NCBI GenBank assembly: GCA_964452165.1
Contig: CAYVKP010000004.1
Span: 5,333-69,332, forward strand
From: an uncultured Gammaproteobacteria bacterium
GTDB lineage: Bacteria; Patescibacteriota; Microgenomatia; Levybacterales; GWA1-39-11
Direction of reading: 5' to 3'
DNA length: 64,000 bases
Of this stretch, positions 40,670-51,387 are shown in pieces (position 1 is the first letter of the stretch; every line of letters begins with the position of its first letter). A program made the translations under genes and the position numbers. Below the pieces are notes generated by a model. That model saw nothing but the letters and a program-made list of their open reading frames with translations. It made no database searches and was not told the DNA's origin.

Positions 40670-41499
40670 TCTTCTATCTCCACGCTTAGCTCGAGAAATA
40701 TTCGCTGTCCTGTTGCTACCTCAAGCTCTTTGCGACTCATACTTCCAATTATTTTGATTTTTGACCCTCCGGATCCAATTATCATTTTTCTGTATCTTTT
40801 ATCAGTTGTTATAATGCGTGCCTTAATGTAATACAAACCTTTCTCTCTGGGTTTGACATCATCAACCACCACTCGAATTTTATAAGGAAGTTCGTCTCGT
40901 AAAACAAGGAACGCTTTTTCACGAATATTTTCTGCAATATAAAGTCGCGAGTCCAAATTCATTGCCGGGGTCGGCATATCTTCCCGGATGACGGTCTTTT
41001 CTCCATCTTTAAGGTACTTCAAAATCTCTTCAATAAGGGTCGGAAGATGCTTGCCTTTTAATGCCGAGACCTCTACAGCAGCATCAAACTCGTCCTCAAG
41101 AAACTTATATTCCTCAAGGTAACTAGGCGTTTTTAGATCAACTTTATTGATCACTAAAATCTTTGGCTTATTAACTTTTCTAAGGATTCCAAGTATTCTA
41201 TTCTCCTCTATTCCGCGGCGCCTTGTGTGATCTACTATATATAATACGGCGTCTATGTCATGCTTGAGGGTTCGCTCAGCCTCAAGGTTTATGTCCTTAT
41301 TTATGGCTTTTGCAAATATTCCAGGCGTATCTACAAATATAATTTGAGCCTCGGGAGATTCGTAAACAGCCTGCATTGAAAACTGCGTTGTTTGAGGCTT
41401 AGGCGAGGTTATTGCCACCTTTTGACCCACCAGATTATTAATTAGTGTGGATTTTCCGGAATTTGGCCTCCCGACGAGCGCTACCGTGCCTACTTTCAT
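40666..41499 (-). CDS. era: GTPase Era
   Basis: GRPNSGKSTL, PQTT, DTPG, NKVD, KH domain IIGSGG. Confidence 0.96.
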   Translation of the reverse strand: MKVGTVALVGRPNSGKSTLINNLVGQKVAITSPKPQTTQFSMQAVYESPEAQIIFVDTPGIFAKAINKDINLEAERTLKHDIDAVLYIVDHTRRRGIEENRILGILRKVNKPKILVINKVDLKTPSYLEEYKFLEDEFDAAVEVSALKGKHLPTLIEEILKYLKDGEKTVIREDMPTPAMNLDSRLYIAENIREKAFLVLRDELPYKIRVVVDDVKPREKGLYYIKARIITTDKRYRKMIIGSGGSKIKIIGSMSRKELEVATGQRIFLELSVEIEE

Positions 41500-41637
41500 T
41501 GCCTTGATTATACCACTATAGGTGTAATGGGGCCAGCTTTTGAAGCTGTCGGAACACGTTGTCCGATTGAATCGAAAGCTCAATTCAAATATAATTGAAA
41601 CGTAAATGGGCCCGCCCTGAGGAGGCGTAGCCAGCGA

Positions 41638-41708
41638 AGGGGTGTAGTGAAATGGTATCACAGCAGTCTCCAAAACTGCTTTTCAGAGTTCGAATCTCTG
41701 CGCCCCTG
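41638..41708 (+). tRNA. tRNA-Trp(CCA)
   Basis: Cloverleaf; GCAGT-CTCCAAA-ACTGC; CAGAG-TTCGAAT-CTCTG. Confidence 0.93.
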
Positions 41709-41759
41709 CAAACGGGAATCGAACTTGATTTCCTCGTCGCTTTCTTGAATAATTAAAGC

Positions 41760-42257
41760 ATGGAAGTAGAACAAAATTTGGACCAAACGTCTAACATAGA
41801 CCCAATATCTAAAACTACTGTTCAAAATTCCACCGCACCGCGAACCTTCAAACCAATGTCTAAACTTGATCTTTTCTTGGCAACTCTTCTTTCACTGTTC
41901 TGGAGCTTAGTACCATACTCTTTTGTGAGTAAGTTTCCGATATTAGATTCGATTAATAGTTTTATTGCATGTGCAATTCTTCGTTGTGAAAATGATAGGT
42001 GCGGAGGGGAAATTCTTGGCTTTTTAGTATTTACTCCTAATATCATAGTTTATTTATTAATAACATTAGTAATTGCATTTGGCCTTTACAAGCTCTTTAT
42101 CCGAATTGACAGCAAGGCAATAAAAATTCTTTTACTTATTCTTGCTGGTCCAGTCGCTTTTGTTGCCATCAATGTGGTATTGCATTCGTTAGGGTTTGGA
42201 GTAGGAGATCTTCAAATACCAAGATTAAATCGTTTCTGCTCGGAGATTGAATTTTGA
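41760..42257 (+). CDS. hypothetical membrane protein
   Basis: 3 TM helices, Cys residues. Confidence 0.65.
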   Translation: MEVEQNLDQTSNIDPISKTTVQNSTAPRTFKPMSKLDLFLATLLSLFWSLVPYSFVSKFPILDSINSFIACAILRCENDRCGGEILGFLVFTPNIIVYLLITLVIAFGLYKLFIRIDSKAIKILLLILAGPVAFVAINVVLHSLGFGVGDLQIPRLNRFCSEIEF

Positions 42258-42341
42258 CACCCTAATGAAACTTGCTCGCTAGACTTGCACATAATAGGTT
42301 CCAACATAGTTGCTTAGTCCCTGCAGATAAGTTTTAGAAAT

Positions 42342-42632
42342 ATGAAGAGAGAACAATTCGCAAAGAAAATACACTGGGCTAAAATCATTTGGATAGTTAG
42401 TGTCATAAACCCCTTAATGATACTTCCTCAATTCATTCAAATTTGGCAAACTCATCAAACTGCAGGATTATCAATAGGTTTTCTTGTGATACTCGTTCTA
42501 ATCCAATATGGATTTGCTTTACACGGATTTTTTACAAGAGACCGTTTTATTATGGGGAGTAATGGTTTAGCAGGAACCATGAGTCTTTTAACACTGCTGT
42601 CTACGCTGTACTTCCGTAGTATGGGTTATTAA
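42342..42632 (+). CDS. SemiSWEET/PQ-loop family transporter
   Basis: LPQFIQIW..AGLS, 3 TM, SN motif. Confidence 0.75.
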   Translation: MKREQFAKKIHWAKIIWIVSVINPLMILPQFIQIWQTHQTAGLSIGFLVILVLIQYGFALHGFFTRDRFIMGSNGLAGTMSLLTLLSTLYFRSMGY

Positions 42633-42760
42633 CAATATAAGTTCCGGGGTTGCTTGCGCTGTTTAAGGAATGGTTGAGTCGTGAATTTGAACCGGGCGAG
42701 ATAAATGGAATTTTTTGGACAGAACGTCGTGCACCATCTGCAACAATCCCTTCCAAATAC

Positions 42761-43285
42761 TTAAAAGCCGGCTCTTTTTCCTATGATGAGGCCGATTATA
42801 AGTCCGATTGCAATTCCCGGAACACCGAAAACTAGACTTGGCCTGCCTTGAACAGCGGGCGAACTCGCAATCTGCTGTGGTTGAACTAAGAAGCCCACTT
42901 CCCTCTCATCACCTTCAACCTGAGGAAATTCAAGTTCAATATCATAAATTTTCGCTGTCGGAAATTTATATTGAAATTCGACTGAACCGTTCTCATCGCT
43001 TTTTACTTTTTTGTCGATCAAAACTTTGTCATGGTCTTCGTTCTGATCTCCTGTTTCCTTAACTCGCAGTTCTCCTTCATAACCTACCAACTTCTCTCCG
43101 TTGTTTTTATCATTCAGCAGGAAAGTAATCGTGGTTGTTTGTCCGACAACCGGCAAAAGAGGATTCATATAAAAAGTCGCTGTAACATTACCAACGCTGT
43201 TCTGAACTCCACCATGAGCAAAAATTGAAGATGTCGAACAAATTAAGATCGCTACGGAGAAAACTAATATTAAAAAGTTCTTCAT
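42761..43285 (-). CDS. secreted Ig-like protein with C-terminal TM anchor
   Basis: Signal peptide ending AHGG; C-terminal hydrophobic helix. Confidence 0.65.
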   Translation of the reverse strand: MKNFLILVFSVAILICSTSSIFAHGGVQNSVGNVTATFYMNPLLPVVGQTTTITFLLNDKNNGEKLVGYEGELRVKETGDQNEDHDKVLIDKKVKSDENGSVEFQYKFPTAKIYDIELEFPQVEGDEREVGFLVQPQQIASSPAVQGRPSLVFGVPGIAIGLIIGLIIGKRAGF

Positions 43286-43303
43286 TCCACCTAATATAAC
43301 AAA

Positions 43304-44284
43304 TTAACTCCCTGGGACAAAATAGTTATAAACCGCCTTTGAAATGTTGGCGATTCTTGCGTTTGCTAAAGCCGGAAAATCACTTTCCGACAAAACTACA
43401 ATAATATAGTCTCCATTCGTTGAATAAACGATTCCGGCATCATGAGTAAAATCTTCAAGCTCTCCTGTTTTGTGGGCAACAATTACGCCGTCCGGAAGAT
43501 ATTTAGGAAGTTTATCGTTAAGTTTTTGCTGTTTTAGGAGATCAAGCATTTTTGCCGTGTAGGTATCGTCGGCAAGGCTACCGTCATAAAGTTTTTCAAA
43601 AAATAAAGCTATATCTGAGGGTGTTGTTGTTGGAGCCCCGCCATTTGTGCCGACTTTCGATTCCGAGAAACCGTTTAGTGAAAGAAATGACGCGATACTT
43701 GAAAGCCCAATTTTATCAGTTAGAAGAAGTGCTGAATAGTTGTCCGAAATCGTAATCATATTATACAAAAGATCGCTTATTGCGCCCTCCTCTGTCCCAT
43801 CCGTTTTTTCAGCACCTTCCGGGTCAATATCAAATTCATCGTTCAGATCCACAACATCACGACTCAAAATCTGATCTTCAGAGAGCGCGCCTGACTTTAT
43901 CTTTGCATAGGTCTGCCCCATTACCCAAAGCTTATAAAGACTCCCGGACTCAAAAGGTGAGTGTCCGTTTTGAGCAAAACTCTCACCTGTTTTCAAATTC
44001 CTGACGACAACTCCATATGTCCCGTGAGTTCCGGCCAAAGCACTCTTGACCGCATCTGCCAACGAGGAACTACTTGAGGTTCGGCTCAAAATCGGGGTAG
44101 GAGTGGGTTCCGCGGTCGCGGTGGGAACTATAGTGACCGCCGAAATGATTCTGGGAGGATCTTTTTTAACTGGCGAGAAGAAGAACTTGGCTGCAAACAT
44201 AATAAAGGGTATGATGGCGAATAAAATAAGGATTGTAAATAGTTTATTTGAGGAACGTCTTCTGATCCTATCGAGCCTTGACAT
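43304..44284 (-). CDS. class A beta-lactamase-like serine hydrolase (membrane anchored)
   Basis: SLYK, SDN, HKTG, HDAGIV motifs. Confidence 0.85.
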   Translation of the reverse strand: MSRLDRIRRRSSNKLFTILILFAIIPFIMFAAKFFFSPVKKDPPRIISAVTIVPTATAEPTPTPILSRTSSSSSLADAVKSALAGTHGTYGVVVRNLKTGESFAQNGHSPFESGSLYKLWVMGQTYAKIKSGALSEDQILSRDVVDLNDEFDIDPEGAEKTDGTEEGAISDLLYNMITISDNYSALLLTDKIGLSSIASFLSLNGFSESKVGTNGGAPTTTPSDIALFFEKLYDGSLADDTYTAKMLDLLKQQKLNDKLPKYLPDGVIVAHKTGELEDFTHDAGIVYSTNGDYIIVVLSESDFPALANARIANISKAVYNYFVPGS

Positions 44285-44392
44285 AATTTATAAAATCCAA
44301 AAATATTATACGCTGTTATTTTCAAGATACCATATGAAAAATAGCTGAGTATTTGACTCTAAAATCATTATGTGTGATAATTGCTTTTCACT

Positions 44393-46033
44393 ATGAAAAA
44401 GACCCTTCTGGGATCACTTGTTTTCGTAGTAATCTACAACGTTTTCTTTTTCCCAACTCTTCCGGGTGCAGGAATTCCTATACTTTTTGGCTTATTCCAT
44501 TTATATCTTTTTTTAGTTCGTGGTAAAGATTCTAAGAATGTTAACTTCGGGGTTCTACTTTCTGTCTTAAGCGTACTTTTTGCCGCCGGATCAGCTTACA
44601 GGGCGAACATGGAAGTCCAGGCGATTGATTTTCTTGTCACTCTTTTCCTGACTTTCGCGGCCGCTTTCATGTACAAGAAAATCTCTTCTTTCTCGCTCGA
44701 TCTACCGTCCTTTATTCTGTCACCCTTAACAGTTTTTGGCCGCGGCCTTGTCTCAATCAATAACTTTTTCTCTCAAAACAAAACGAAGATTTCAACTGAA
44801 AAACACACGGATTTGTACAACGCAATTTTCAGAGGAGTCGTAATAACAGTGCCTATTCTATTCATTTTATTTATTCTTCTGACGGGAGCCGATCCAATTT
44901 TCAAAACTCTTGCCAGTAAGATTTCTTTTTCTATCAGCGACCAAGCAATATTCACAGTTATTGTTTTTGTGATGTGTTTTTTCTGGGGCTTGGCAACTAT
45001 AAAAGATAAGATCTTGCCCCACAGAGAAGAAAAAAAAGATAGCGAAAAATTGGCGATTGAAGCAATTATTGCAACCGGTGGGGCCGCCATTCTTTTCGGT
45101 ATTTTTCTTTTGATTCAGCTCCGCTATCTCTTCCTACACGTCCCCGAGACCGAACTTCATAATCTTGGAATCAACGTTGCGACATATTCTGAATACGTAA
45201 GACAGGGATTCTTTAATCTGCTTATTGCCTCGGCAATTTCTACTTCAATAATTGCCTATGTCCTACAACGACTGCAAACCAACATCAAGAACGGTGTCTA
45301 TCTTAGGATAAGCACCGCCGCGCTTGCTCTTGAAACACAACTTCTCCTTGTTTCAGCCGGAAAGAGATTGTATTTGTACGAACAATTCCATGGATTCACG
45401 AGGTCAAGAATTTATGGAATAGTCTTCCTTCTTTGGTTAAGCCTTTTGCTGATTGTTCTTCTGATCGCTGTAATTAAGAAAGCAAAACACGGGTATCTTT
45501 TCATAACAACTTTCATAATAACGCTTGTCGCGCTTGCTAGTTTTAACATTATTCCGATTGATAGACTAATTGCTGAGAAGTTTCCGCCCACAATAAATCA
45601 TGAGATTGATAATGTCTACATAAGCTTACTTTCTGAAGAGGCCGCATCCTCATGGCCGGGCATTGTTCGGGAGGCGCAGATCAGAGTAGAACAATTTGAT
45701 AATACCCAGAAACCTAGCGCTGAAGATTACAGGAGAGTTTACGACGCGCGAATGGTACTTTTTGATATCGGCAAAAAAGTATACTATCTAGATCGAAAAT
45801 ACACTCCCAGTGAAAAACAGTATATTAAGATGGATCCAAATAACCTCTGGCACATAAACCCTGTTCAGAAAAGGTGGCAAGCATTTAACAAGAGCGAATA
45901 CGACGCTTATCTTGTGGTTGAAAACAATCGTGAATTATTCGCAAAAATTGGAGGCTTACTCAAGCGAATTGATGACAAGATAACTGCATTATCTACCACT
46001 CCAACTCCAACCCCCTCTCCCATTCAGCAATAA
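44393..46033 (+). CDS. DUF4153/DUF4173-like membrane protein
   Basis: ADPIF, YSEYVRQGFF, RL.LY...GFT.SR motifs. Confidence 0.75.
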   Translation: MKKTLLGSLVFVVIYNVFFFPTLPGAGIPILFGLFHLYLFLVRGKDSKNVNFGVLLSVLSVLFAAGSAYRANMEVQAIDFLVTLFLTFAAAFMYKKISSFSLDLPSFILSPLTVFGRGLVSINNFFSQNKTKISTEKHTDLYNAIFRGVVITVPILFILFILLTGADPIFKTLASKISFSISDQAIFTVIVFVMCFFWGLATIKDKILPHREEKKDSEKLAIEAIIATGGAAILFGIFLLIQLRYLFLHVPETELHNLGINVATYSEYVRQGFFNLLIASAISTSIIAYVLQRLQTNIKNGVYLRISTAALALETQLLLVSAGKRLYLYEQFHGFTRSRIYGIVFLLWLSLLLIVLLIAVIKKAKHGYLFITTFIITLVALASFNIIPIDRLIAEKFPPTINHEIDNVYISLLSEEAASSWPGIVREAQIRVEQFDNTQKPSAEDYRRVYDARMVLFDIGKKVYYLDRKYTPSEKQYIKMDPNNLWHINPVQKRWQAFNKSEYDAYLVVENNRELFAKIGGLLKRIDDKITALSTTPTPTPSPIQQ

Positions 46034-46172
46034 CTTTTTTGATTTTTGATTGATACGCTTTGATATCCTCCGGCCCACCTGCTATAATCGTACCCACTGC
46101 CCCTTTAAATCTTACACTTATGTGACGTTTATCTAACAAAGATAAGCAAATCGATATATAAGATCAAATCAA

Positions 46173-46772
46173 ATGAATACGTCTAAGTTTATTTTAGGTC
46201 TGCTCACGGTTTTTATATTCCTGCTTCTTGTCGTAGGCTTCTATTCGGTTATAAGCAAAAAGAGCTCGATAAAAACTGTCACGACAAAAGCCACAGAGAC
46301 AAGTATTGTACTCGGAGAATTTAAAACATACAAAGATCCTGCCGGATCCTTCACTCTTTCTTATCCTAAGGATTATGAAATTGAATATTTAGATGAAGGA
46401 CGACAAACCCAATTCAGTAAAATTGGCCGCGGTGCAAGAATCAATGACCCATACAACGGCGTCTCTATGGTGATTGAGCCCGTTGGACTAAGCGGCTTGA
46501 GTTTGGCGAACTGGACTGATGCGTACGTTGGAAACAGAATCAGTGATGGGACTTTTGAGATGATTGACCCTAAAAAGAAAGTTGAGATTAATGAAAATTA
46601 CGGATTCACTTTCACCATCAGAAATGAACAAATATCAAGAGTTTATGTCTTGCAGAAAAGTGAAAAATCGCAGTACGCCCTTGTTGTAACAGCCACAGTT
46701 TACGATCCTCTCAATTTTGGTTTCCAAAAACAGGTAGATCAAGTCCTCTCCTCGCTCGCCATTTTAAAATAA
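46173..46772 (+). CDS. membrane-anchored PsbP-like domain protein
   Basis: FKTYKD..FTLSYP; DQVLSSL. Confidence 0.7.
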   Translation: MNTSKFILGLLTVFIFLLLVVGFYSVISKKSSIKTVTTKATETSIVLGEFKTYKDPAGSFTLSYPKDYEIEYLDEGRQTQFSKIGRGARINDPYNGVSMVIEPVGLSGLSLANWTDAYVGNRISDGTFEMIDPKKKVEINENYGFTFTIRNEQISRVYVLQKSEKSQYALVVTATVYDPLNFGFQKQVDQVLSSLAILK

Positions 46773-46775
46773 AGC

Positions 46776-47411
46776 TTAGTAGTGTACGTTGAGAATTACA
46801 TTAGAGTGCGGACCTGATACAAAAGGTATTGTCTGCAAGGCTTTTTCGCCATCTATTTTGAATGTCACAGTATCTCCGTTTTTTCCGCAACCCGCCCTGC
46901 TCTCCACCGGTTCAACTTCCATGTAGAAATTGGTAGTCAGCTCTGTTTTTGTTAAGGTCGTTGTTGAAGCGCATACCACATCTCCTATAAATGCTTCGAC
47001 TTTTGTTCCACCGGGTGCAATGTCTCCTGCTTTGATTTGCGCTGATCCGTTGAAGCTCATTGGAAGAGCTTTCGGCGTAGGAGTTATGGGTACTACGGTT
47101 GCTGCTGGCGTTGAGGTTGGAGTTGGCTCTGATGTGGGCGTGGGAGGAATAATGGTTGGAGTTGGCATGGGCGTTGGAGCGGAAACGGGTTTTTTTGTCA
47201 TTTTCATCATCGCAAATGTTCCAAGCCCCAAAAGCAGGACTAGAACTACGGCAACAAGTGCTATGAAAAGACTTTTGTTTGGAACATTAGGACGAGGAGG
47301 AGTAGGAATGGCCGGAATGGAATTACTGTCAGATGACGGTGCAGGGGGAGGTTGGACGGGAGGTACAACTGTTGCCTCCGGACTAATGGGTTGATCAGGA
47401 TTATTTTCCAT
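46776..47411 (-). CDS. Pro/Thr-rich membrane-anchored surface protein
   Basis: Pro-rich N-terminus, TM, PT linker, small beta domain with a Cys pair. Confidence 0.7.
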   Translation of the reverse strand: MENNPDQPISPEATVVPPVQPPPAPSSDSNSIPAIPTPPRPNVPNKSLFIALVAVVLVLLLGLGTFAMMKMTKKPVSAPTPMPTPTIIPPTPTSEPTPTSTPAATVVPITPTPKALPMSFNGSAQIKAGDIAPGGTKVEAFIGDVVCASTTTLTKTELTTNFYMEVEPVESRAGCGKNGDTVTFKIDGEKALQTIPFVSGPHSNVILNVHY

Positions 47412-47499
47412 GAGTAAAGTATTTCAGTATTCTTTCGGCTTGTCAACAAATCCAAGGGTTTTGGTTGACTCCTCAGAAAAAAATTGATTAGATAAGGGA

Positions 47500-48660
47500 A
47501 TGAGTGAACATGTTCCCGAAGGACTCCCAACCGTTGACTCCGTCGCTTTTGGAGACAGAGCTACTACCGCTCGCTTATCTGACCCATTAGAACCTGCAGG
47601 AAACGAAAAGCCCAGAAGCATAAAAGAGAAAAAGGCGGATCTTTTAAGAGAATTTAAATTACATGCAAGAGATAACGCAAGGCACGGTTCAACGAGTATC
47701 CTATTAAATGAAGATGATTTTGCGGTTAATGATGAAGACCCATCGCAAAATGAAGATATTCTGTGCACCGTTTCCCTTTACTCCAGAGAACCGACGGATA
47801 GGCCTCCAAGTGATACTTTTGCCAGAACCTATTATACGGACGTACCTAATAGAATTAGGGGCAGCCATAGTCCTCATGGTGAAGTTAATTACGCTGTCGC
47901 TGAGCTCAGAATAAAAAACGATAAAGAGTATTCTGTTGAGCAAACCATTAATCCGGGAGATGCAATATCTGATATTTCAACTGATGAAGGCGGAGGTGGT
48001 CTCGACGTTGAGAAAGACCAAATTACGTTAAGAAGTTCTATCCCACTCCCTGATAGGACTATCACGGAGGAAGATGGACAAGCCCCTTATGGGAAATGGG
48101 ACGGCTTTCAGGCTGATTATGACAGGGCCAGCGGGCAATTTAAGACCATTGCCTTGGATCCGTGGAGCAGTGGAGAGTTGCGTCTGGGACCAAATTTTGT
48201 TGAAGAACTTAGCCAAAGCTGCCCTAGGCTTCCTGACGGAACCTTTGTTTATGAAGGCATGGGCAATCGTAAATTTGAAATTAAAGATGAACCGGACCAT
48301 GTAAGAGTCTTAGCAACAAAAGCAAACTCGGGCGCTTTCATGATAATCCCAAAAATGATCGATTTGAAAGATGTTGAAGACAAACTTTTTCCGGACGCTG
48401 AACCCACCTCAAAAGCAGAAAGAATAGAAATGGGCAAGACACGGGCAAAGGGGGAAGATAATGTGGTCTACGAAAGAAGATCTCTTTTTAGAAATCCTGC
48501 TATTTCGCGAAGGGAATTCCCCATTGACCCGGCAACGGGAAAACCTAAAGATCTCGATTCCTGGCGCGGGACATCTATCATGAAGTTGGTGGGCGCTGTA
48601 ATTCGCCCTGAAAAACCCCAGCCAACAGCAACTATTCCCCGACCTCGCAGCAGATATTAA
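47500..48660 (+). CDS. hypothetical protein
   Basis: 386-aa acidic ORF. Confidence 0.7.
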   Translation: MSEHVPEGLPTVDSVAFGDRATTARLSDPLEPAGNEKPRSIKEKKADLLREFKLHARDNARHGSTSILLNEDDFAVNDEDPSQNEDILCTVSLYSREPTDRPPSDTFARTYYTDVPNRIRGSHSPHGEVNYAVAELRIKNDKEYSVEQTINPGDAISDISTDEGGGGLDVEKDQITLRSSIPLPDRTITEEDGQAPYGKWDGFQADYDRASGQFKTIALDPWSSGELRLGPNFVEELSQSCPRLPDGTFVYEGMGNRKFEIKDEPDHVRVLATKANSGAFMIIPKMIDLKDVEDKLFPDAEPTSKAERIEMGKTRAKGEDNVVYERRSLFRNPAISRREFPIDPATGKPKDLDSWRGTSIMKLVGAVIRPEKPQPTATIPRPRSRY

Positions 48661-48672
48661 TCTTGGGAAACC

Positions 48673-49083
48673 CTAGCTCTTAAGCAGTTCCTCAATGGTA
48701 ACTATATTCTCATTTAAAAATACCTGGGTAGCTTCGGCGAGAGTGAGCGTTGAAAGCTCATTTAGAGTAAAAAAGTCAAGTCTTTGCCCTTGTCTTCTTT
48801 CCATAATGTTAACATCATTATCCGTTAACTCTACGTGATAAACGCATTTTTCCGCTGAGCCAGAAAAAGGCGAAGAAAGATCCTTAGTTGTCACATCAAG
48901 ACTTGTTGTGTATTTTATTTTTCTATAAATCGTATCGCTGTTTGATTCCTCGATGTTCTTATTTCCTCCTACTAAACACCATAAAGGTTTTTTAGTCGAG
49001 CCTGGATCCATTTCAGGACCTAAAAGTAGTAGCTTATTCTTATAGGTTAAAAGTGCAGAGCTAGAGGAAAAATCATTGGCCAC
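48673..49083 (-). CDS. degenerate NUDIX-fold protein
   Basis: LLLL..WCLVGG...E...RKIKY: Nudix box lacking catalytic glutamates. Confidence 0.55.
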   Translation of the reverse strand: MANDFSSSSALLTYKNKLLLLGPEMDPGSTKKPLWCLVGGNKNIEESNSDTIYRKIKYTTSLDVTTKDLSSPFSGSAEKCVYHVELTDNDVNIMERRQGQRLDFFTLNELSTLTLAEATQVFLNENIVTIEELLKS

Positions 49084-49133
49084 GAATAAATTATACCATA
49101 TCCACCAATCATTTCCCTGTTATAATATAGGAT

Positions 49134-50105
49134 ATGTCATTGATCGACGATGTAACAATAAGAGTAAAAGCCGGAAAGGGAGGAGATGGCGGAAGGTCAT
49201 TTCACCAAAATTACGGCAGCGTTAAGAGCTCTGCAGACGGAGGAAGTGGTGGCCGCGGCGGAGATATTTATTTTGAGGGCACTTCTAATCTGAGTGACTT
49301 GAGTGAATTTAAGTTCAAAAAGGTGGTTGAGGCGCCGGACGGCGCGCGTGGAATGAATAAAAATCTCGATGGGAAAAGAGGAGAAAGCATAACGGTTTTG
49401 GTTCCGCTCGGAACAACTATCATAGACAACAAGACTCAGGAAACCGTTGAAATATTGGAATCGAACATGCCGGTTCTACTTGCTCGGGGAGGACAAGGAC
49501 AAACAGGAAATCACGACCGGACAGACAATCTAAACCGTTTTGAAGAAGCACGAGCTATCGCGCAAAACGGAGAAGAAAAAGAATTACACCTAATCCTTAA
49601 ATTAATTGCTGATGTTGGATTAATTGGACTTCCAAATGCCGGAAAAAGCTCGCTTCTAAAAACTTTGACTGCAGCAACTCCAAAAATAGGCAACTACCCT
49701 TTCACTACACTTGAACCCAATCTTGGAGTTATTCCCGGTGAAAAAATTGTAATCGCAGACATTCCGGGTCTTGTTGAGGGCGCATCGCGCGGAAAAGGTC
49801 TTGGAATCCAATTTTTAAAACATATTCAAAAAACCAAAATCCTTTTCCATTGCATTGACTCGCTCTCTGAAAATCCGCTGGAAACTTATATGACTGTGCG
49901 ACGCGAATTTGAAGAATATAACCCTGAGATTCTTGAGAAAGATGAGATAATTTTGCTTACAAAAATTGATCTAGCGCAAGACTCGCAAATAGCGAAACAA
50001 AAAATGGCACTCAAAAAAACCAAACGAAAAATTGTTACAGTCTCAATTTATGATGAGGAAAGCATCGGGCGCCTTCGTGATGTTATAATAAATTCCAGAA
50101 TATAA
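49134..50105 (+). CDS. obgE: GTPase ObgE/CgtA
   Basis: Gly-rich Obg fold, GLPNAGKSSL, YPFTTL, DIPG, TKID. Confidence 0.96.
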   Translation: MSLIDDVTIRVKAGKGGDGGRSFHQNYGSVKSSADGGSGGRGGDIYFEGTSNLSDLSEFKFKKVVEAPDGARGMNKNLDGKRGESITVLVPLGTTIIDNKTQETVEILESNMPVLLARGGQGQTGNHDRTDNLNRFEEARAIAQNGEEKELHLILKLIADVGLIGLPNAGKSSLLKTLTAATPKIGNYPFTTLEPNLGVIPGEKIVIADIPGLVEGASRGKGLGIQFLKHIQKTKILFHCIDSLSENPLETYMTVRREFEEYNPEILEKDEIILLTKIDLAQDSQIAKQKMALKKTKRKIVTVSIYDEESIGRLRDVIINSRI

Positions 50106-50212
50106 TCCTTGGAAAACCCCAACCGACAGTTACCATCTCTCACAACACACAAGGTATTGACACATCACAACCGGCTGCAGCCTAAATTCTTTTTGATATA
50201 ATTGTCAGCATA

Positions 50213-50878
50213 ATGAGAGATGCTGGAAGCTTTAACCCCGAACAAAAAGGAGCGATAGCTTCAGATATATATTCGACGTTACAACGTCAGAGAGGGTTCA
50301 CTTCCTTGACAGGTCCTGGATCTGGTGAGGTTATACGCGCAGACATGGGAAGAAGAATTAAAGTAGCCTGGCACAACGTTGACACTGAATATAGAGACTA
50401 TAACAGAATGTTATTGCATAAAAAGGGGTTCGAAGACCCGGACATAGATGCCGGGGTACTTCTCATGACGGAAGCACAGTTTAAGAATCCTAACTGGCCG
50501 GAAACAACTTTTATAACGCCGGAGCCACATGTAGCAACGTTTAATGTAAGTGGAACCGGAAAGATACTTAGACGAAATGGGGAGACCTTCGAACCTTCAA
50601 CACTTGAGACTCATCACCTTGATGCTCTCGCAAGACTTGCCACTCTTTCTGTTGTACCAAGACAAATCATTCAGACTTTTGGCTCGTATGAGAATTTTAC
50701 TGCTCTCTTGGGAGAGGTGGATATGGCGGGTATTGAATTTCCTGAAAAAAAACCGTACCGAGCTTTATATGATGGCGGTCTTTCCAAATTTGTCAAAGAA
50801 CTCGAGGTAAGTGAAGAAACGGAGACCGGGGAAAATAGACTCTCGCAGCTCTGGCAAACTCTTTCTCGCAGACAATGA
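50213..50878 (+). CDS. hypothetical protein
   Basis: 221-aa ORF with TGATATAAT upstream. Confidence 0.65.
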   Translation: MRDAGSFNPEQKGAIASDIYSTLQRQRGFTSLTGPGSGEVIRADMGRRIKVAWHNVDTEYRDYNRMLLHKKGFEDPDIDAGVLLMTEAQFKNPNWPETTFITPEPHVATFNVSGTGKILRRNGETFEPSTLETHHLDALARLATLSVVPRQIIQTFGSYENFTALLGEVDMAGIEFPEKKPYRALYDGGLSKFVKELEVSEETETGENRLSQLWQTLSRRQ

Positions 50879-51369
50879 AGAACAAAATCGGACTCGTTAT
50901 TGGGCGGTTTCAACCATTTCATCTGGGACATCTTTATCTGATCCAAAAAGCTCTTGAGAACGCTGAGAAAATTATTATTGCGGTAGGATCTTCAAATGTT
51001 CACGATTCCGATAACCCTCTTTCTTATGAAGCCCGAGTCGAGATTATTGAAAAAGTTATCGAAGAGGAAAAACTGTCGAACAAAGTTTTGAAAATTGTCC
51101 CCTCACCTGATGACCCAAGCGATAATGAGTGGCTTAAAAAATTAGTTGAACAAACAGGTAGATTCGATATTGAAATAGGCAACAACGACTGGACAAACAA
51201 TATCCTAGAGCAAGCCGGCTACAAAGTGCTCCGAATTCCCTATTTTGAACGTGACATTCACCAGGGAGTTTTAATTCGCCAAATCATAGAGCAAGACGGA
51301 CTCTGGCAAGAAAGAGTCCCAAAATATTTAGTCCCACAAATCAAGAAAGCATTTGAATCCGCGCAGTAG
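50875..51369 (+). CDS. nicotinamide-nucleotide adenylyltransferase (NadM-like)
   Basis: GRFQPFHLGH, GSS, NPLS..R, W..VP. Confidence 0.85.
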   Translation: MKNKIGLVIGRFQPFHLGHLYLIQKALENAEKIIIAVGSSNVHDSDNPLSYEARVEIIEKVIEEEKLSNKVLKIVPSPDDPSDNEWLKKLVEQTGRFDIEIGNNDWTNNILEQAGYKVLRIPYFERDIHQGVLIRQIIEQDGLWQERVPKYLVPQIKKAFESAQ

Positions 51370-51387
51370 TAAGTTATAGAATTAACT

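Noticed and set aside
43304-44284. Antibiotic-resistance beta-lactamase
   Set aside because: Membrane-anchored class A-like hydrolases of this kind are common in CPR, and activity cannot be inferred from SxxK/SDN/KTG motifs alone.
48655-50120. Similar TAATC(C)TTGG.AAACCC after two stop codons
   Set aside because: Short, AT-rich and only two copies; chance cannot be excluded.
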